Assembly: GCA_013239625.1 (NCBI GenBank)
Contig: MU054204.1
Location: 458,879 to 522,878, forward strand
DNA: 64,000 nucleotides
Origin: Lama guanicoe
Lineage: Eukaryota
Direction: 5' to 3'
Shown here piece after piece: positions 27,305 to 40,262 of the stretch (its first letter is position 1; every line of letters starts with the position of its first letter). The notes below the pieces were generated by a model that ran no database searches, was not told where the DNA came from, and saw only the letters and a program-made list of their open reading frames with translations. A program made the position numbers and the translations under genes.

Positions 27305-27709
27305 CTTTTTTTTAAATTGAGTTATAGTCAGTTTACAATGTTATGTCAATTACCAGTGTAGAGCACAATTTTTCAGTTATACATGAACATACATATATTC
27401 ACTGTCACATTCTTTTTCACTGTGAGCTACCACAAGATCTTGTATATATTTCCCTATGCTATACAGTATAATCTTGTTTATCTATTCTGCATATGCCTGT
27501 CAGTATCTACAAATTTCAAACTCCCAGTCTGTCCCTTCCCATCGCCCTCCCCCCAACCTCCGGCAACCACAAGTTTGTATTCTATGTCCATGAGTCTGTT
27601 TCTGTTTTGTATTTATGTTCTTTTTTTTTTTAGATTCCACATATGAGCGATCCCACATGGTATTTTTCTTTCTCTTTCTAGCTTACTTCATTTAGAATGG
27701 AACAGAATA
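27305..27709 (-). mobile_element. Young L1 3' end with tiny 5' inversion
   Basis: Antisense L1 3' UTR and ORF2 end; TSD gagaacattca(a/g)tct at 27290-27304 and 27710-27724. Confidence 0.85.
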
Positions 27710-29035
27710 GAGAACATTCAGTCTTAAACTGTTAAGTACGATGCTACCTGTGGGGTTTTTGTGTATGTTCTTTATCATCCTGAGAATGTCTCCCTCTGTT
27801 CTTAGTTGGCTTAGAGTTTTTATGATGAACGAGTATTGAATTGTGTCAAATGTATTTCTGCATCAGTTGATAAGATCATGTGATTTTTCTTCTTTAGCCT
27901 CAATGTGGTGGATAGCATTGCTTTTCTAATATTGAAGCAGCCTTGAGTCCCTGAAATATACACTGCTTGTCTTTCTCTTAGTGATTTTAGTTTGATTCTA
28001 CTGCAGTCATAGAACAAACTCTATGATTTCACTTCTTTTAAATTTGTTGAGGTTTGCTTTATAACTCAGGATATGGGCTCTCTTGGTATATGTTCTTTGA
28101 ACACTTGGAAAGAATGTGTATGCTGACACTTTTGGGTCCTTTATAAACATCAGTTAGATCCTTTTGGTTGATGATGTTGAGTTCTCCTATATCCTTGCTG
28201 ATGTTCTGACAAGTTGTGCTATTGATTACTAAGCCAGAAGTTTTGAGATCTCCAACTATAATTACGGATTTGTTCATTTCTCCATTTAGTTCTATCAACG
28301 TTTGCTTCACACATTTTGTAGCACTGTTGGTTTGTTTACATTCAGAATTCTAATATCTTCTTTGTGGATTGACCCTTTTATCATTATGTAAGATTCCTCT
28401 TTGTTCCTGGTGATTTTCTTTGCTCTGAAAGTCTACTTTATCTAAAATTAATTTAGCCACTCCTGCTTTCTTTTGACTGTTTGCATGGTATATCTTTTCC
28501 CATAATTTTGCTTTCATCCTATGAATATCATTATATTTGAAGTGAGCTTCTTGTAGACAGCATTTAGTTAGATCTTGGGTTTTTTTCCAATTCACTCTGT
28601 CAGCCTCTGCCTTTGAACTGATATATTTAGACCATTTGCATTTAATGTAATTATTGATGTTAGGGCTTAATCCTATAATTTTATTTTTAATAAATCTGTT
28701 TTTCCATTGTTTGGTTTTTTTGGTTCTCTGTTTTTCCTCACCTTCCTGCAGGTTACTTGAACACTTTTAGTTTAGTTTTTAACTAATCTATAGCATTTTA
28801 GTGATTGATCATAGTTCTCCACTGTATATGTACAACTTATCACATTCTACTGCTGTTAGTGCTTTTCTAATTACAGTTAAGTGTAGGGACCTTACTTTCC
28901 TTTATGTACCTTTGCTCTCCTCCATTTATAACATAATTATCTTAAATAGTTCCTCTATATTCAGTGAGAATGACAAAAGTGTTATCATTTTCCTCCAACC
29001 ATCAAACATAATTTATAAACTCCTCAGAAGGAAAA

Positions 29036-29432
29036 TGTATTAGTTTACTAGGGTTTCCATAACAAAATACCACAAACTGGGTGGTTTAAACAACACAAAT
29101 TTATTTCCTCGCAGTTCTGGAGGCTAGAAGTCCAAAATCAAGGCATTTTTCAGGTTTGGTTTCTTCTGAGGCCTCTCTGCTTGGCTTGCAGATCACCACT
29201 GTTTTGTGTGTACTCACATGATCTTTCCTTTATGTGTGTGCATTCCTGTGCCCTAATCTACTCTTCTTATATGGACTCCAGTCATATTGGATCAGTGTCC
29301 ACCCATATGACCTTATTTTTACCTTAATTACCTCTTTAAAAGCTCCATCTCCAATAGTCACATTCTGAGGTCCTAAGGCTTATTAAGACAGCAACATATG
29401 AATTTGGGAGGGACACAATTCAGTCTCTAACA
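29036..29432 (-). mobile_element. MaLR solo LTR (MLT1A/B-like)
   Basis: tgtattagttt...ccataacaaaataccacaaactgggtggtttaaacaac...cagttctggaggctagaagtcc...ttcagtctctaaca. Confidence 0.85.
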
Positions 29433-29727
29433 TTAAGTTTATTGTATTTACCTGTATTTTTGCTCTTTTGGCTGTTCTTTCTTCCTTCTTGATGTTCCAA
29501 GATCCCTTATTTTATAATTTCCTTTCTGTTTTGAGAACTTCTTTGCCGTTCTTTTAGGGTAAATAGGCCTGCTAACCACAAATTCTCTTAGTTTCCTTCC
29601 TCCAAGAATGTCTTTATTTCTCCACCATATCTAAAGGATATCTGACTAGGTGTAAAATTCTAATTCAGAAGTTATTTCCTTTTAGCTCTTTAAAAACTCT
29701 TGTGTCACTTCCTCCCAGCCTCCGTGG

Positions 29728-30185
29728 TTTTTTTTAAAACATTTTTTATTGGTTTATAATCATTTTACAATGTTGTGTCAAATTCCAGTGTTCAGCACAA
29801 TTTTTCAGTTATACATGAACATATATATATTCAGTGTCACATTTTTTTCTCTGTGAGCTACCATAAGATCTTGTGTATATTTCCCTGTGCTGTACAGTAT
29901 AATCTTGTTTATCTATTCTACAATTCTGAAATCCCATCTATCCCTTCCCACCCTCTACAACCACAAGTTTGTATTCTATGTCTATGAGTCTGTTTCTGTT
30001 TTGTATTTATGCTTTGTTTGTTTGTTTTTGGGGTTTTTTTTAGATTCCACATATGAGCGATCTCATATGGTATTTTTCTTTCTCTTTCTGGCTTACTTCA
30101 CTTAGAATGACATTCTCCAGGAGTATCCATGTTGCTGCAAATGGCGTTATGCTGTCGGTTTTTATGGTTGAGTAGTATTCCATTG
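29728..30185 (-). mobile_element. Young L1 3' end (same lineage as the 43.8-46.0 kb element)
   Basis: Close reverse-complement match to about 45575-46040. Confidence 0.9.
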
Positions 30186-30522
30186 TTTTTGATGAGAAAT
30201 TCACTGTCATTCTAATTGTTTTTCCTCTATAGGAAACACATCATTTTTCTATGGCTGCTTTCAAGATTGTTTTTATTTGCTTTAGCTTTCAAAAGTTTGA
30301 CTATGATGTGTTTTGGCATAGATTTCCTGGCATGGATGTTTTGAGTTCACTTAGCATCTTGAATCTGCAGGTTTATGTCTTTTGCCAAATTAGGAGAAAT
30401 TTCAGCCATTTTTTTCTCCAAATACTTTTTAGCCCCACCCTTTTTTTCCCTCCATTTCTGGAACTCCATGACATGGAATTTAATGAAGCTCTATTTTTTT
30501 CAGCCTATCATTCACATTGGGT

Positions 30523-30609
30523 ATTTTTTAATTTTTTATTGAGGTATAATTGATTTGCAATGTTGTATTAGTTTCTGGTGTACAGCATAGTGATCCAGTT
30601 ATATACATT

Positions 30610-30648
<39 letters not shown>

Positions 30649-31388
30649 CAAACACATATTCTCTTTCATATTATTTTTCATTATAGGTTATTACAATATA
30701 TTGACTATAGTTCCCTGTGCTATACAGTAGGACCTTGTTGTTTATCTATTTTATATATAGTAGTTTGTATCTGCAAACTCCTAATTTATCCAACCTCCTT
30801 TCCCCTTTGGTAACCATAAGTTTGTTTTCTATGTCTGTGAGCCTGTTTCTGGTTTGTAAATAAGTTCATTTGTCTCATTTTTTAAGATTCCACCTATAAG
30901 TGATATCATGTGATATTTGTCTTCTGACTTACTGCGCTTAATATGATGATCTCTAGGTCCACCCATTTTGCTGCAAATGGCATTATTTCATTATTTTTAC
31001 ATTAGGTATCGTAAATAGTGCTGCTATGAACATTGGGGTGCATGTATCTTTTCAAGTTACAGTTTTCTCCTGATATATCCCCAAGAGTGGGGTTGCTGGA
31101 TCATATGGTAAGTCTATTTTTCATTTTTAACAAACCTCCATACTATTCTCCATAGTGGTTGTACCAATTTACATTCCTACCAACAGTGCAGGAAGGTTCC
31201 CTTTACTTCTCCAAGGAAAACATACAGATAGATGGCCAACAGGCACATGAAAAGATGCTCAACATTGCTAATTATTAGAGAAATGCAAATAAAAATCATA
31301 ATAAGATATCACCTCACACTGGTCAGAATGGCTATCATCAAAATTCTGCAAATAATTAATGCTGGAGCGGGTGTGGAGAAAAGGGAAC
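30523..31388 (-). mobile_element. L1 insertion with 5' inversion
   Basis: Antisense 3' UTR and ORF2 end at 30523-31213, then a sense ORF2 segment at 31207-31388; (TA)n at about 30613-30645. Confidence 0.85.
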
Positions 31389-33760
31389 TATCCCCATTTT
31401 ACTCATAAAGAGAATGGGCACAGAGGGCTCATACAGTTAATAAGAAGCTAAGTGAATATATCATTCTAGGATCATCCCTCCCCAATCCAAGCTTACACTG
31501 GGTACACCTTTTATGTGCTTCTACATAACTCAAACACACTTATAACTTAGCATTTACCTATTAGCCTTTTTATTGTCTACTCCTCCCACAATACATGGAA
31601 GTTATGGGGCTGTTTTTGTGTCCCAACTCCCAGCACAGGACCTGGACTACTAAATGTTTTCTGAATGAATGAATGGGATGATGAGTTGAATGAAACAGAA
31701 TGAAATTTAACAGGAATGAATGTAAGGGACTGCCCTTGAGTCCCAAGAGCCAAGTCTACAAGATAAGATGGGCAGCTGTGTCTTCACACCAGTCTGTGTA
31801 AGAATCATATAGATATGTGGTTTGACAGTGACTCCCATTGCAGCCAGTAGTAGGATGTAGCTGTCAAAAAAACCTAAGGGGATAGCAACACTCATTAGCT
31901 CAATCCCTCGCATCTAGTCACTACAACTCAGCCCTGTCCTCATCATGAGCCATTCTGACTTAGGCAAGCCATGTAGTACATTTCACGTTGAAGATAACAT
32001 CAAGTGGAAGCTACAGCCAAATTTGAAAAATATCAAAATGAAAAAATGGCTGAGGGCCATTGTAAGATGACATTGACTTTACGATTCCATTCTGTCTTCA
32101 AAGAAAAGAAAAGCAGGCATCTTCTGATTAAAACATGAGTATCTGCAGTCTTAGCCACACCACTTGGTGGGACATAAGATAGCCTCACCAGCCATCCATT
32201 GGCAATGCTAGGGCTAACCACAAAGCTTTCCTATAACTTCTGAGTTACAGCACTTCCTTAAAATTTATTCCACTTTTCCCACTTCCTCCCACTTTTTGAT
32301 ATTAGTCCAAGCAGTACAACAGGGTGTCTGTCTGTCTGTCTGTACTCATTTCTTTCTTAAGATTCTACTCTTCTGGCCCTATGCCAAACCCTAGTCCATG
32401 GGGATGAGGCTGAACCCAGATCTCTGAATCTTCCAGTCCCCAAATGCAACCTACAGTTATTAAGTTGATTTCCAGAAGGGAAATTTGAGGGAAGCCCTTT
32501 GAGCTTTTGGCTCTTCATCAGATTTTTCCAGTGGCCTGAGGCTTGCTCCATCCTTTGGACATGATGCATTAGACCCACTGGTGGCCCCTCAAAGCCTGGC
32601 CTATGCAGCCCAGTTAGTGTCCGCAGGACTGCTCGGCTCTCTTATGAAAAGCAGCCTCACAGCTGCTACAAGAGCAGCTCCAAAAACACTTCATCATGGC
32701 TTGAAGCCTGCCGCAGTGTTTAAAGAACATTCACTGCTTGATTATCAGCCTGTGGATCATTTATTTGGTGAATTATCTGTGGTCATTTACAGCCCTTGTT
32801 GGCCCCTCCTCACAATTTCAGGGGCTGTATCGAGGTGTCTCCATTCCCAATCACCAGGCTCCCCCCTCCCTTTGCCAACAATTCATGTGTGCACAGGAAA
32901 TGCAAACTCATTCTAATATTGGCCCAAGAAAAGCAGAATTAGAAACAGAAGTGGCTATAAAAGAAAATTTTCAATCCATCTCTAAGCCAAAAAGGAGAGA
33001 ATTTGGAGTTTATCAGTACCAATGATAACCTTGAGGAATGCATATAATTAAGAGTGGGCTTGATTCTCTGAAGGCATGCTGAGGTCCATACAAACATGTA
33101 ACATGATGAAGTTCATGCAGCAAAAAGAGGCACTGTATATATTGTAGCTGTCCAGAGGTAGACCATGTTTGATATCTGGTTGAGAATAGACCAGAAATCA
33201 GAGAACTTGATAAAACCCCAGAGGAAAAGAATGGAATAGTCTGAAAGCTCATTGCCACTGAAAAAATAAAAGATTTATAGATTCTAAAGAGACCAGGGTG
33301 GGGAGATGAAGAACTAATAGATAGGGGTGAGGAGAGGCGGGGAAGAAGAAAGAGAGGCAGGAGAGAGATTTGTAGACACACTGGGGATGTTTGATGGTAA
33401 CAATGATGAAGATGGAGAAGAAAATCAGCAGTGCTGACTTTCTGCCTGCCGCAGACTAGGGCAGTGAAGCGGACTCCGGGGTAGTACATGCTCTGGGGCG
33501 ACTGTAGTTGGCAAGAGGCGGCTCAGGGACATCTATAGGGGTGAGCTATAGGTATTTGTGTTCATTTTTCAACAGGCTCAAAATAAAAAAGGACAAACAA
33601 GAGATGGTGGGGGAGGAAATGGTAAAAACAAGTGATAAAGAAAAGGAAAACCAGAAAATGGAATCCTAAAGAGGAAGGAGCAGTAGGGGGGGGAGAGTGA
33701 GGGGGACAAGGACCAAGAGAAGCATGTAGAGAAGATTCAAGCTAAAAAATACTTGAGGGC

Positions 33761-33930
33761 ATGTTGGGGGAGGGTATAGCTCAGTGATAGAGTGCATGCC
33801 TAGCATACACAAAGTCCTGGGTTCAATACCTCCATCAATAAATAAATAAGTAAATAAATAAATAAATAAACAAACAAACAAACAAACAAATAAATAAGCC
33901 AAATTACCTCCCCCAACAAAATTTTTTTAT
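33761..33930 (+). mobile_element. tRNA-derived SINE (camelid vic-1-like) with (TAAA)/(CAAA) tail
   Basis: ggggagggtatagctcagtgatagagtgcatgcctagcat...ctgggttcaatacc; degenerate TSD ta(c/a)ttgagg. Confidence 0.9.
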
Positions 33931-34919
33931 AAGTAATTGAGGTCCAGTTATTTTAAGAGGCATCTGATGTGGAGAGCCAAATGAGGCACAGCCTTAGTCA
34001 TCACTGTGCACTCAGTGCCTAGTTCAGTGCCTGGCTTATTGTGAGTGTTCACGAGGATTTGGCATGACTCGGGCTGTGTTCACAAATGCAGGCACATAAA
34101 CGTTCATACTCCTCCAGAAAGTTAGGTGTGAGCTCAAAAATAAAATTCTCTTCAGAGATAGAACAAACCTAGCGGAGTTTATTTTATCTCTATCTCCACA
34201 AATGCTTGGTCCTCCAGATCATATCAAGCCTCAATAATGCCCCCCTTCTCAGGACCCCAAGTGCCCCATTTATGGTACCCGCCTTGCTCTGAGAGTCTGA
34301 TTAGACAGATTGTTGACTGTTCTGTGCAGTCATTGAGCATAGAGAGCAGTTGTCCACAGCACTGCTTGGAACAGAGCTAGACACATAGTAGGTGCTCAAA
34401 AAGAGTATAGAGTGAGTGAATTAAATAAGTGGAAAAATCCCAGTGTTCTTCAGATAAATAATGGGTTGATCTTATTCTCCAAGAAACTGTCTTAAGGTAG
34501 AAAAGAATGGCAACTTCCCAGCAATGGTGGCTGAAGGCTGCTTATTGCTTCAGAGAACATGGTAGTTGGGGCTGCTTGCTCGCTCTCTCTACTTTCTCCT
34601 CCCAGAGCATCCTGACCCCAAAGGTCATACTGGGAATCAGAATACTCTGTTCTTATCCAATCTACCTTCCTGAAAGAACCCCTTTAATATATTCCTACTA
34701 CATGATGACAGCTCTGCTGCATGCAAAGTGTGCCCTGACATTTTAGGACAAAGGCCAATTTTAAGGCATTCTTGTTTTTTTATTTTTTCAGGAAAATAAA
34801 TATATCTCTGTATATTATGTTAAAGAGTTTATAGGCAGTTTGCAGGGATGAATCTCATCTTGCACACAAGAAAAAGGGTCCTTATAAATGCCTTAACAGA
34901 AATAGGACTATGGGATGAT

Positions 34920-35110
34920 GACAACACCCAACATTTGTGTAACACAATCTGGTTTGCAAAGGCTCCTCATATCTATGTCACTTTTAATCCTCACAGCAAT
35001 AGTGTGAGGTCCAGTTTACCCTGTCATTTTAAAGATTAAAAAAAAAACCTGAGGTTTGGAGAACTGAAGTGACTTGCTAGTAAGTGGTAGATGCAGAATC
35101 TGAACGTGTG
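34920..35110 (-). mobile_element. MIR SINE
   Basis: tttaatcctcacagcaatagtgtgagg...aagtgacttgctagtaagtggtaga. Confidence 0.6.
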
Positions 35111-35219
35111 TAGATTGCAAGGATTAATTCTACCTAGAAACATTTTCTGCCCAGTCCCACCTTAAAGAGCAGCTTGGCATGCCTTTCTGATAACTATAAT
35201 TAATTGAAAGCTCTTTCCT

Positions 35220-35315
35220 GGGGGTGGGGGTGGGTATGGTTCAATGGCAAAGCGCATGTGCGAGGTCCTGGGTTCGATCCCTAACACCATGACTTTGAAA
35301 AAATATGAAGAAAGC
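35220..35315 (+). mobile_element. Short variant tRNA-derived SINE
   Basis: gggtatggttcaatggcaaagcgcatgtgcgaggtcctgggttcgatccc; TSD aagctc(t/c)ttcct at 35208-35219 and 35316-35327. Confidence 0.8.
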
Positions 35316-35879
35316 AAGCTCCTTCCTTCAGGAACTGTTCTACCTCTCCATAAGTTGTCTGAGCCATGGGCTGGCTTATCCTCCTCACCCACTAGCCTTC
35401 TTTTAGAGGGCCCAATCTTTCTACTGGCTGCAAATGAGTGGTCTCTGTAAAGTCTGGCTGGATGATCACGAACAAATCACTTAGTCACTAGGAGCCTCAT
35501 TCCCTCTCCATGGGGCAGTTATGAAAATCAAGTGTGGCAAGGCGTGCCAATCTTCCAGCACAGTACTGATAACAATGACAACAATCATTGTCAGACTATG
35601 TGGTCAGCCATGCTTCATTTAAGGAAATATGACACATACACACAGAAACACATGCTCACACGTGTGCACACACACATGTACACACACACTCACACACACA
35701 TTCCAAACACATACTTCCAATGGCTTACTGGGTAGGGGATAGCCAGTTGTTTACTTTAAAATAATGTTAAGCTGTGTATTTATATTTCATGCATTTTTCT
35801 GTATGTATGCTATATTTCACACATAAAAAATGTTTTATAAAGTTCTGTTGTTTCTCATTGACATAGTATTATCTTCATT

Positions 35880-36510
35880 CATCATAGTCTGCCTGTCTCT
35901 TCCCCTACTTGTGCCTACCTCCAAGCCTTACCACAGGCTGTTTCCTCTGCCTAGAACGCTACCCCTCATTTCCAACCCAGCTTTTACTTGGCTAATCTGT
36001 ACTCATCTTCTATCTCAGCTTAGATGATACTTCCAAAAACCCATCCAAGGCTACCCAAAGTTTGACTTGATGCCATTCCTCTGTAATCCCATAGCACCCT
36101 GTTCTACCCCTTTTATAGACCTGATCACACTAGATTGTAATGGCTTATCTGTAGTCTGGTTCACCATGATAGTCTCAGCATCTGTTGCAGTTTCCAGCAC
36201 ATAGTGGCTGCTCAGTGAAGGCTATTGAATGAATAAACGAAAGAAAACTCATTTCTGTGTAAACTTCCCCATCTCTCTCAGTCAGAGAAAATTGCTCTTT
36301 CCATATTTCATAGCACTTTGTTACACACCTCTATTCTAGGCTATCTCCTATTATAACTACTTGTATACTAGATGTCTTCCCTCACAATCTTTCATGCTTC
36401 CAGGGGGCAAAGGAAATAACCTCATTTATCTTTGTATTTTTACTAAGACCTACCCTCTTCCTTATTTGTACAAAGTAGACCTCAATAAATGTTTGTTGAA
36501 TTGAATTGAA
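35880..36510 (+). mobile_element. L2 3' fragments (two ends)
   Basis: gctgtttcctctgcctagaacgct..., gcacatagtggctgctcagtg...tgaatgaat, ctcaataaatgtttgttgaattgaa. Confidence 0.6.
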
Positions 36511-37238
36511 TTTCTCTGCCCTATAGCCCCACTGTCACACAGTTAATGATTAGCAATGATTGGTTCATGATCTGTAAACAAAAATTTAACTGCACTAGGG
36601 AAATTGCTATTTAAAAGAACCAGTTAGCAAATGGTTGGGGATAGCAAAGAAAAAAAAAGACTATTGTGTAATGTGAATAATTATCTCTTAGTTTATCTAG
36701 TTTATAAATCCAAGATTTCATAAACAGTTTTCTTCTTGCAAGCAGAAACATACTCCTTTTATTATTTTAAATTTTGCAGTTTTACTATTTTACTGGCTTT
36801 GCTTCTTGGCTTCTTGGAATATATATATATTCTGGCCTTCATATATATATATGAAGGACAGAATTCATTTTAGAGAACTAAATGAGAAGACACTACAATG
36901 TCGTATGCACACACACACACACACACAGGAAGAGTGTTGTAAATTAGAGAGAACATTTTGGTCTCAGCTCTAACTTGAGAGGGTCCCAGTTAACTGAGAT
37001 GAGAGGCAGCATAATGAACATAGCCTGACACTTTTGCAAGCCACTAATTTAAACTCCAGGCATGCATATTCAGTCTTTTTAATTTGTTGCTTATATTGCA
37101 TACTTGTCCAGTCACAACTTTGAAAAATTAAATGGAACCTTGCCATCTCTACTCCATGGGTCTCCCAGTTAAACCTCTTTCCCTTGCACAATCCGTTTTC
37201 CACAAGCTTGCCGGAGTGCTCTAATGAAAAAATTAACC

Positions 37239-37475
37239 TGGGGGTGGTAAGGGATAAATTGGGAGTTTGATGTGAAAATACTAATTACTATGTATAAAAT
37301 GGATAAAAACACATTTCTTCTGTATAGCACGGGGAAATATATCCAATATCTTGTAGTAACCTTTAATGAAAAAGAATATGGAAACAAATATACATATGTA
37401 CATGTATGACTGAAACATTATGCTGTACACCAGAAATTGACACAGTGTAACTGACCATACTTCAATTTAAAAAAT
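37239..37475 (+). mobile_element. L1 3' UTR fragment
   Basis: gggataaattgggagtttga...ctgtatagcacggggaaatat...gctgtacaccagaaattgacac. Confidence 0.85.
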
Positions 37476-37494
37476 TACAATAAAAACCATAAAT

Positions 37495-37985
37495 CATATC
37501 ATGTATGTATACTGCTTAGAACTCTCCAATGGCTTCACATAACAAAATCCGAACTCCCTATCTCAGCCTAGCAGGTCCCAGATGACTCAACCCCTACCTA
37601 CCCCTCTTAGCTATTCTCCACTTTGCTCCGATTTTCATTCAGTTCCTTGAATAAGCCAGGCTATTCCCAGCTTAGAGCCTTTGAAAATACTGTTCCCTTG
37701 TCTGGAATGCTCCTCCCTTAGATCTTCCCAGGGCTGGTTCCTTTTCATATTCTTGGTCTCAAGTCAAATATCATTCCCCAACATTGGTCACTATCTAACT
37801 CATGACCTTTGCAGTACTTGCCACCATCTAAAATCATTATCCTATTTATATACTTGCTTATCATGTGTTTTCTTCTTTAAGAAAGTGAGTTCTGTTAAAG
37901 CAGAGGCCTCATGCACGGCTGTATCCTCAGCAGCTAGAAGAGTGCCTTGTACAGAGTAAGTGCTTAATAAATATTCATGAAATAA
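37495..37985 (+). mobile_element. L2 3' end
   Basis: actgttcccttgtctggaatgct...agtgccttgtacagagtaagtgcttaataaatatt. Confidence 0.65.
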
Positions 37986-39004
37986 ATTATTGTGGAAATC
38001 AGTTGGGATTCTTTTCAGTACTGAGTTAGTTCAGTCTCTTGCCAAGGGCTGAGAAATTCAATCTGATTCAATTTAATTTAGTTCAGCAAGAATTTATTTG
38101 TTTTTATTTACCTCTGATTCTCCAGAATCTAGGAACAGGGCCTGGCACATTGTAGATGATCAACTAACAATGGTTAAGTGAAGGAATGAACTGTCCACCT
38201 ACTGTGTGCAATATTAGAGATTGGGGTAGCCCCTGGGGAAGGGGACCACAATAATAAAGAAAGCAGCCCAGGAGCTATTTGTTGATTGCCAACAGGCTGA
38301 AGGCAGAGGCTGGGCCTAGTCTCCATGGCAACCTTCCAATAGAAAGCATAGGAAGGAATCTCTCTTATACCTTTTCCCCAGGCCAAATAGGAGCTATAAG
38401 GAAGATGAAAAAAGGAGAGGCATTTTTTTTCCCAGGCTCCATGTCACCTCTCCTTTCTGATAACAGGGTGTGGATCTTCAAACTGCTTGCAGAGTACGTT
38501 TGGGGAGGGGCCTCTCCATCAATCTTGTTCCCACCGGAGCTCACTGATGGAGGAGTGCAGCACAGCATGTTTCCTAGTAAGGTGATCCCTTGAGGCCTAC
38601 CTGAATCACTGTGGGGGAGGAGTTTCCATGGAGAGGGATGCTTCCCTTAGCTCTATTAGGCCTAGGTGAAAGGTGGGGATGGCAAGGGGGAAGGGTCCTA
38701 GCCTAGATTAAAGCTGCATCTTGGGAAGCAGGAGACAGGCTCTGTGCCACTTCTGGGGCTCTTCCTACAGCTGCATCTCTCTCCCACCACGCTAGTTACA
38801 CTATCGGCAACATCTTTATGGAAAAGCACCATCTATACTGTAGATTCTACAGAAAGGTTCTTTCAAAAAGCACTGCTGAGCTGGACTACCTATGAAGAAT
38901 TGGTCCCAAGTATATGACTTCCATTTCTCCCAACTCTCCAAAGTAGGATAATACTAGCCCCATTTCACAAAGGAGAAAACTGAGACTCAAGTTAAGCTGA
39001 AGTT

Positions 39005-39390
39005 TAAAAGCTGAGACTCTGAAGCCTGACTACCTGTGTTGAGCTCCTTCACTTAACCCTTCAGAGCCTCAGCTTCCTTATCTCTAAAGTCAGGGGAAGG
39101 GGGAAGGGTATAGCTCAGTGGTAGAGCATCTGCTTAGCATGCATGAGGTCCTGGGTTCAACCCCCAGTACCACCAATTAAAATAAGTAAATAGATAAATC
39201 CAATTACCACCTCCACTAAAAATAAAATAATATAATTTAAAAATTAAAAACATAAATAATGTCAGGGTAAAAATAATATACAACTCCACATGGATTACAA
39301 CACACATGCACACTAATCCCTTGAAAGCGCTTAGCACATTATCTAGTAAATAGCACATCATTGCTCAATAACTATTAGCTGTTGTCATTA
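39005..39390 (+). mobile_element. MIR SINE interrupted by a lineage SINE
   Basis: cacttaacccttcagagcctcagcttccttatctctaaa ... aaagcgcttagcaca...gctcaataactattagct. Confidence 0.65.
39096..39256 (+). mobile_element. tRNA-derived SINE (camelid vic-1-like)
   Basis: gggtatagctcagtggtagagcatctgcttagcatgcatgaggtcctgggttcaaccccc; TSD taa(a/t)gtcaggg at 39085-39095 and 39257-39267. Confidence 0.9.
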
Positions 39391-39472
39391 TCCAAGGTTA
39401 CCTAAGTAGTGCAGAGATCAGATTCAAAACCAGGTCTGTCAGGGCCCCAACCTCAAATTTCTTCCATTATAC

Positions 39473-39651
39473 CAGGAGTTCTCAAGCCTTAGCAGGTATC
39501 AGAATGATTTAGAGAACTTGTTAAAATACAGCTTTACTAGGCATCACCCATAGTGTTTTTAGGTCTGGGTGGAGCCTGAGAATTTACATGGCTAACAAGT
39601 TCCCAGCTGCTGCTGCTTCTGGTTATTTGGAGACCATGCTAAGGGCCACTG
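39473..39651. mobile_element. MER5A-like hAT-Charlie MITE
   Basis: caggagttctcaa...tcagaat...cttgttaaaataca...ccactg; 8-bp TSD cattatac/cataaaac. Confidence 0.75.
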
Positions 39652-40148
39652 CATAAAACCCCAAAACCAGAGCTTTATTCTCAAAGAACATCTAAAAGCA
39701 GCTCAAGAGATTTTAGATGATAATAAGGTATGAATGCTTCCAGAGCAACTGCATTTTAAATAGGGGATTATGGAAGCTTCAACTCTGCCTACAGGGAAGC
39801 ACAAAGTAGGGTTGCTTTTTTAGAGCAAGGAACTGGCTCCTCCAATCACAAGAAGCTGTAAGCCAGCTCTTCATCCAGAGACAATAAGAAGGCCCTAGGA
39901 GAGGATCTCTTCTTGACTGCTCACCGGAGCCACAAGGGCAAACAGCCAACCCTGGGGCAGAGGGGAGGTGTTTGGAGCTTTTCCAGCCATGTCCAAACCT
40001 TATTGTTGGCACTGGTTCAGGCCAGACGGAGCTCACACCTTGGGGATTTGCAGGCTAATGGGAGAGATGGAGCCTTTAGGTCTGTTTAACAGTGAATCCT
40101 CTTGGCTAGGATGGACTTTTCCTTTCAGTGGACAGCTATAAAATACAG

Positions 40149-40262
40149 GTCTTGTAGTAACCTATAATTAAAAAGAATATGAAAATGAATATATGTATGT
40201 ATATGGATGACTGAAACATGATGACACATTGTAACTGAACTATGTGTCAATTAAAATAAACA
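40149..40262 (+). mobile_element. Short L1 3' tail fragment
   Basis: tcttgtagtaacctataattaaaaagaatatgaaaatg...gactgaaacatgatg. Confidence 0.75.

Larger units (their letters stand above)
25925..30520 (-). mobile_element. Old L1M-type LINE-1, internally deleted, hosting nested younger elements
   Basis: Minus-strand remnants of the endonuclease (28059-28595: CCLQEAHF, KKAGVAKLILDKVDF, IIVGDL) and RT (27820-28017: QGCFNIRK, KNHMILSTDAE); L1M 3' end at about 25925-26500. Confidence 0.85.
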
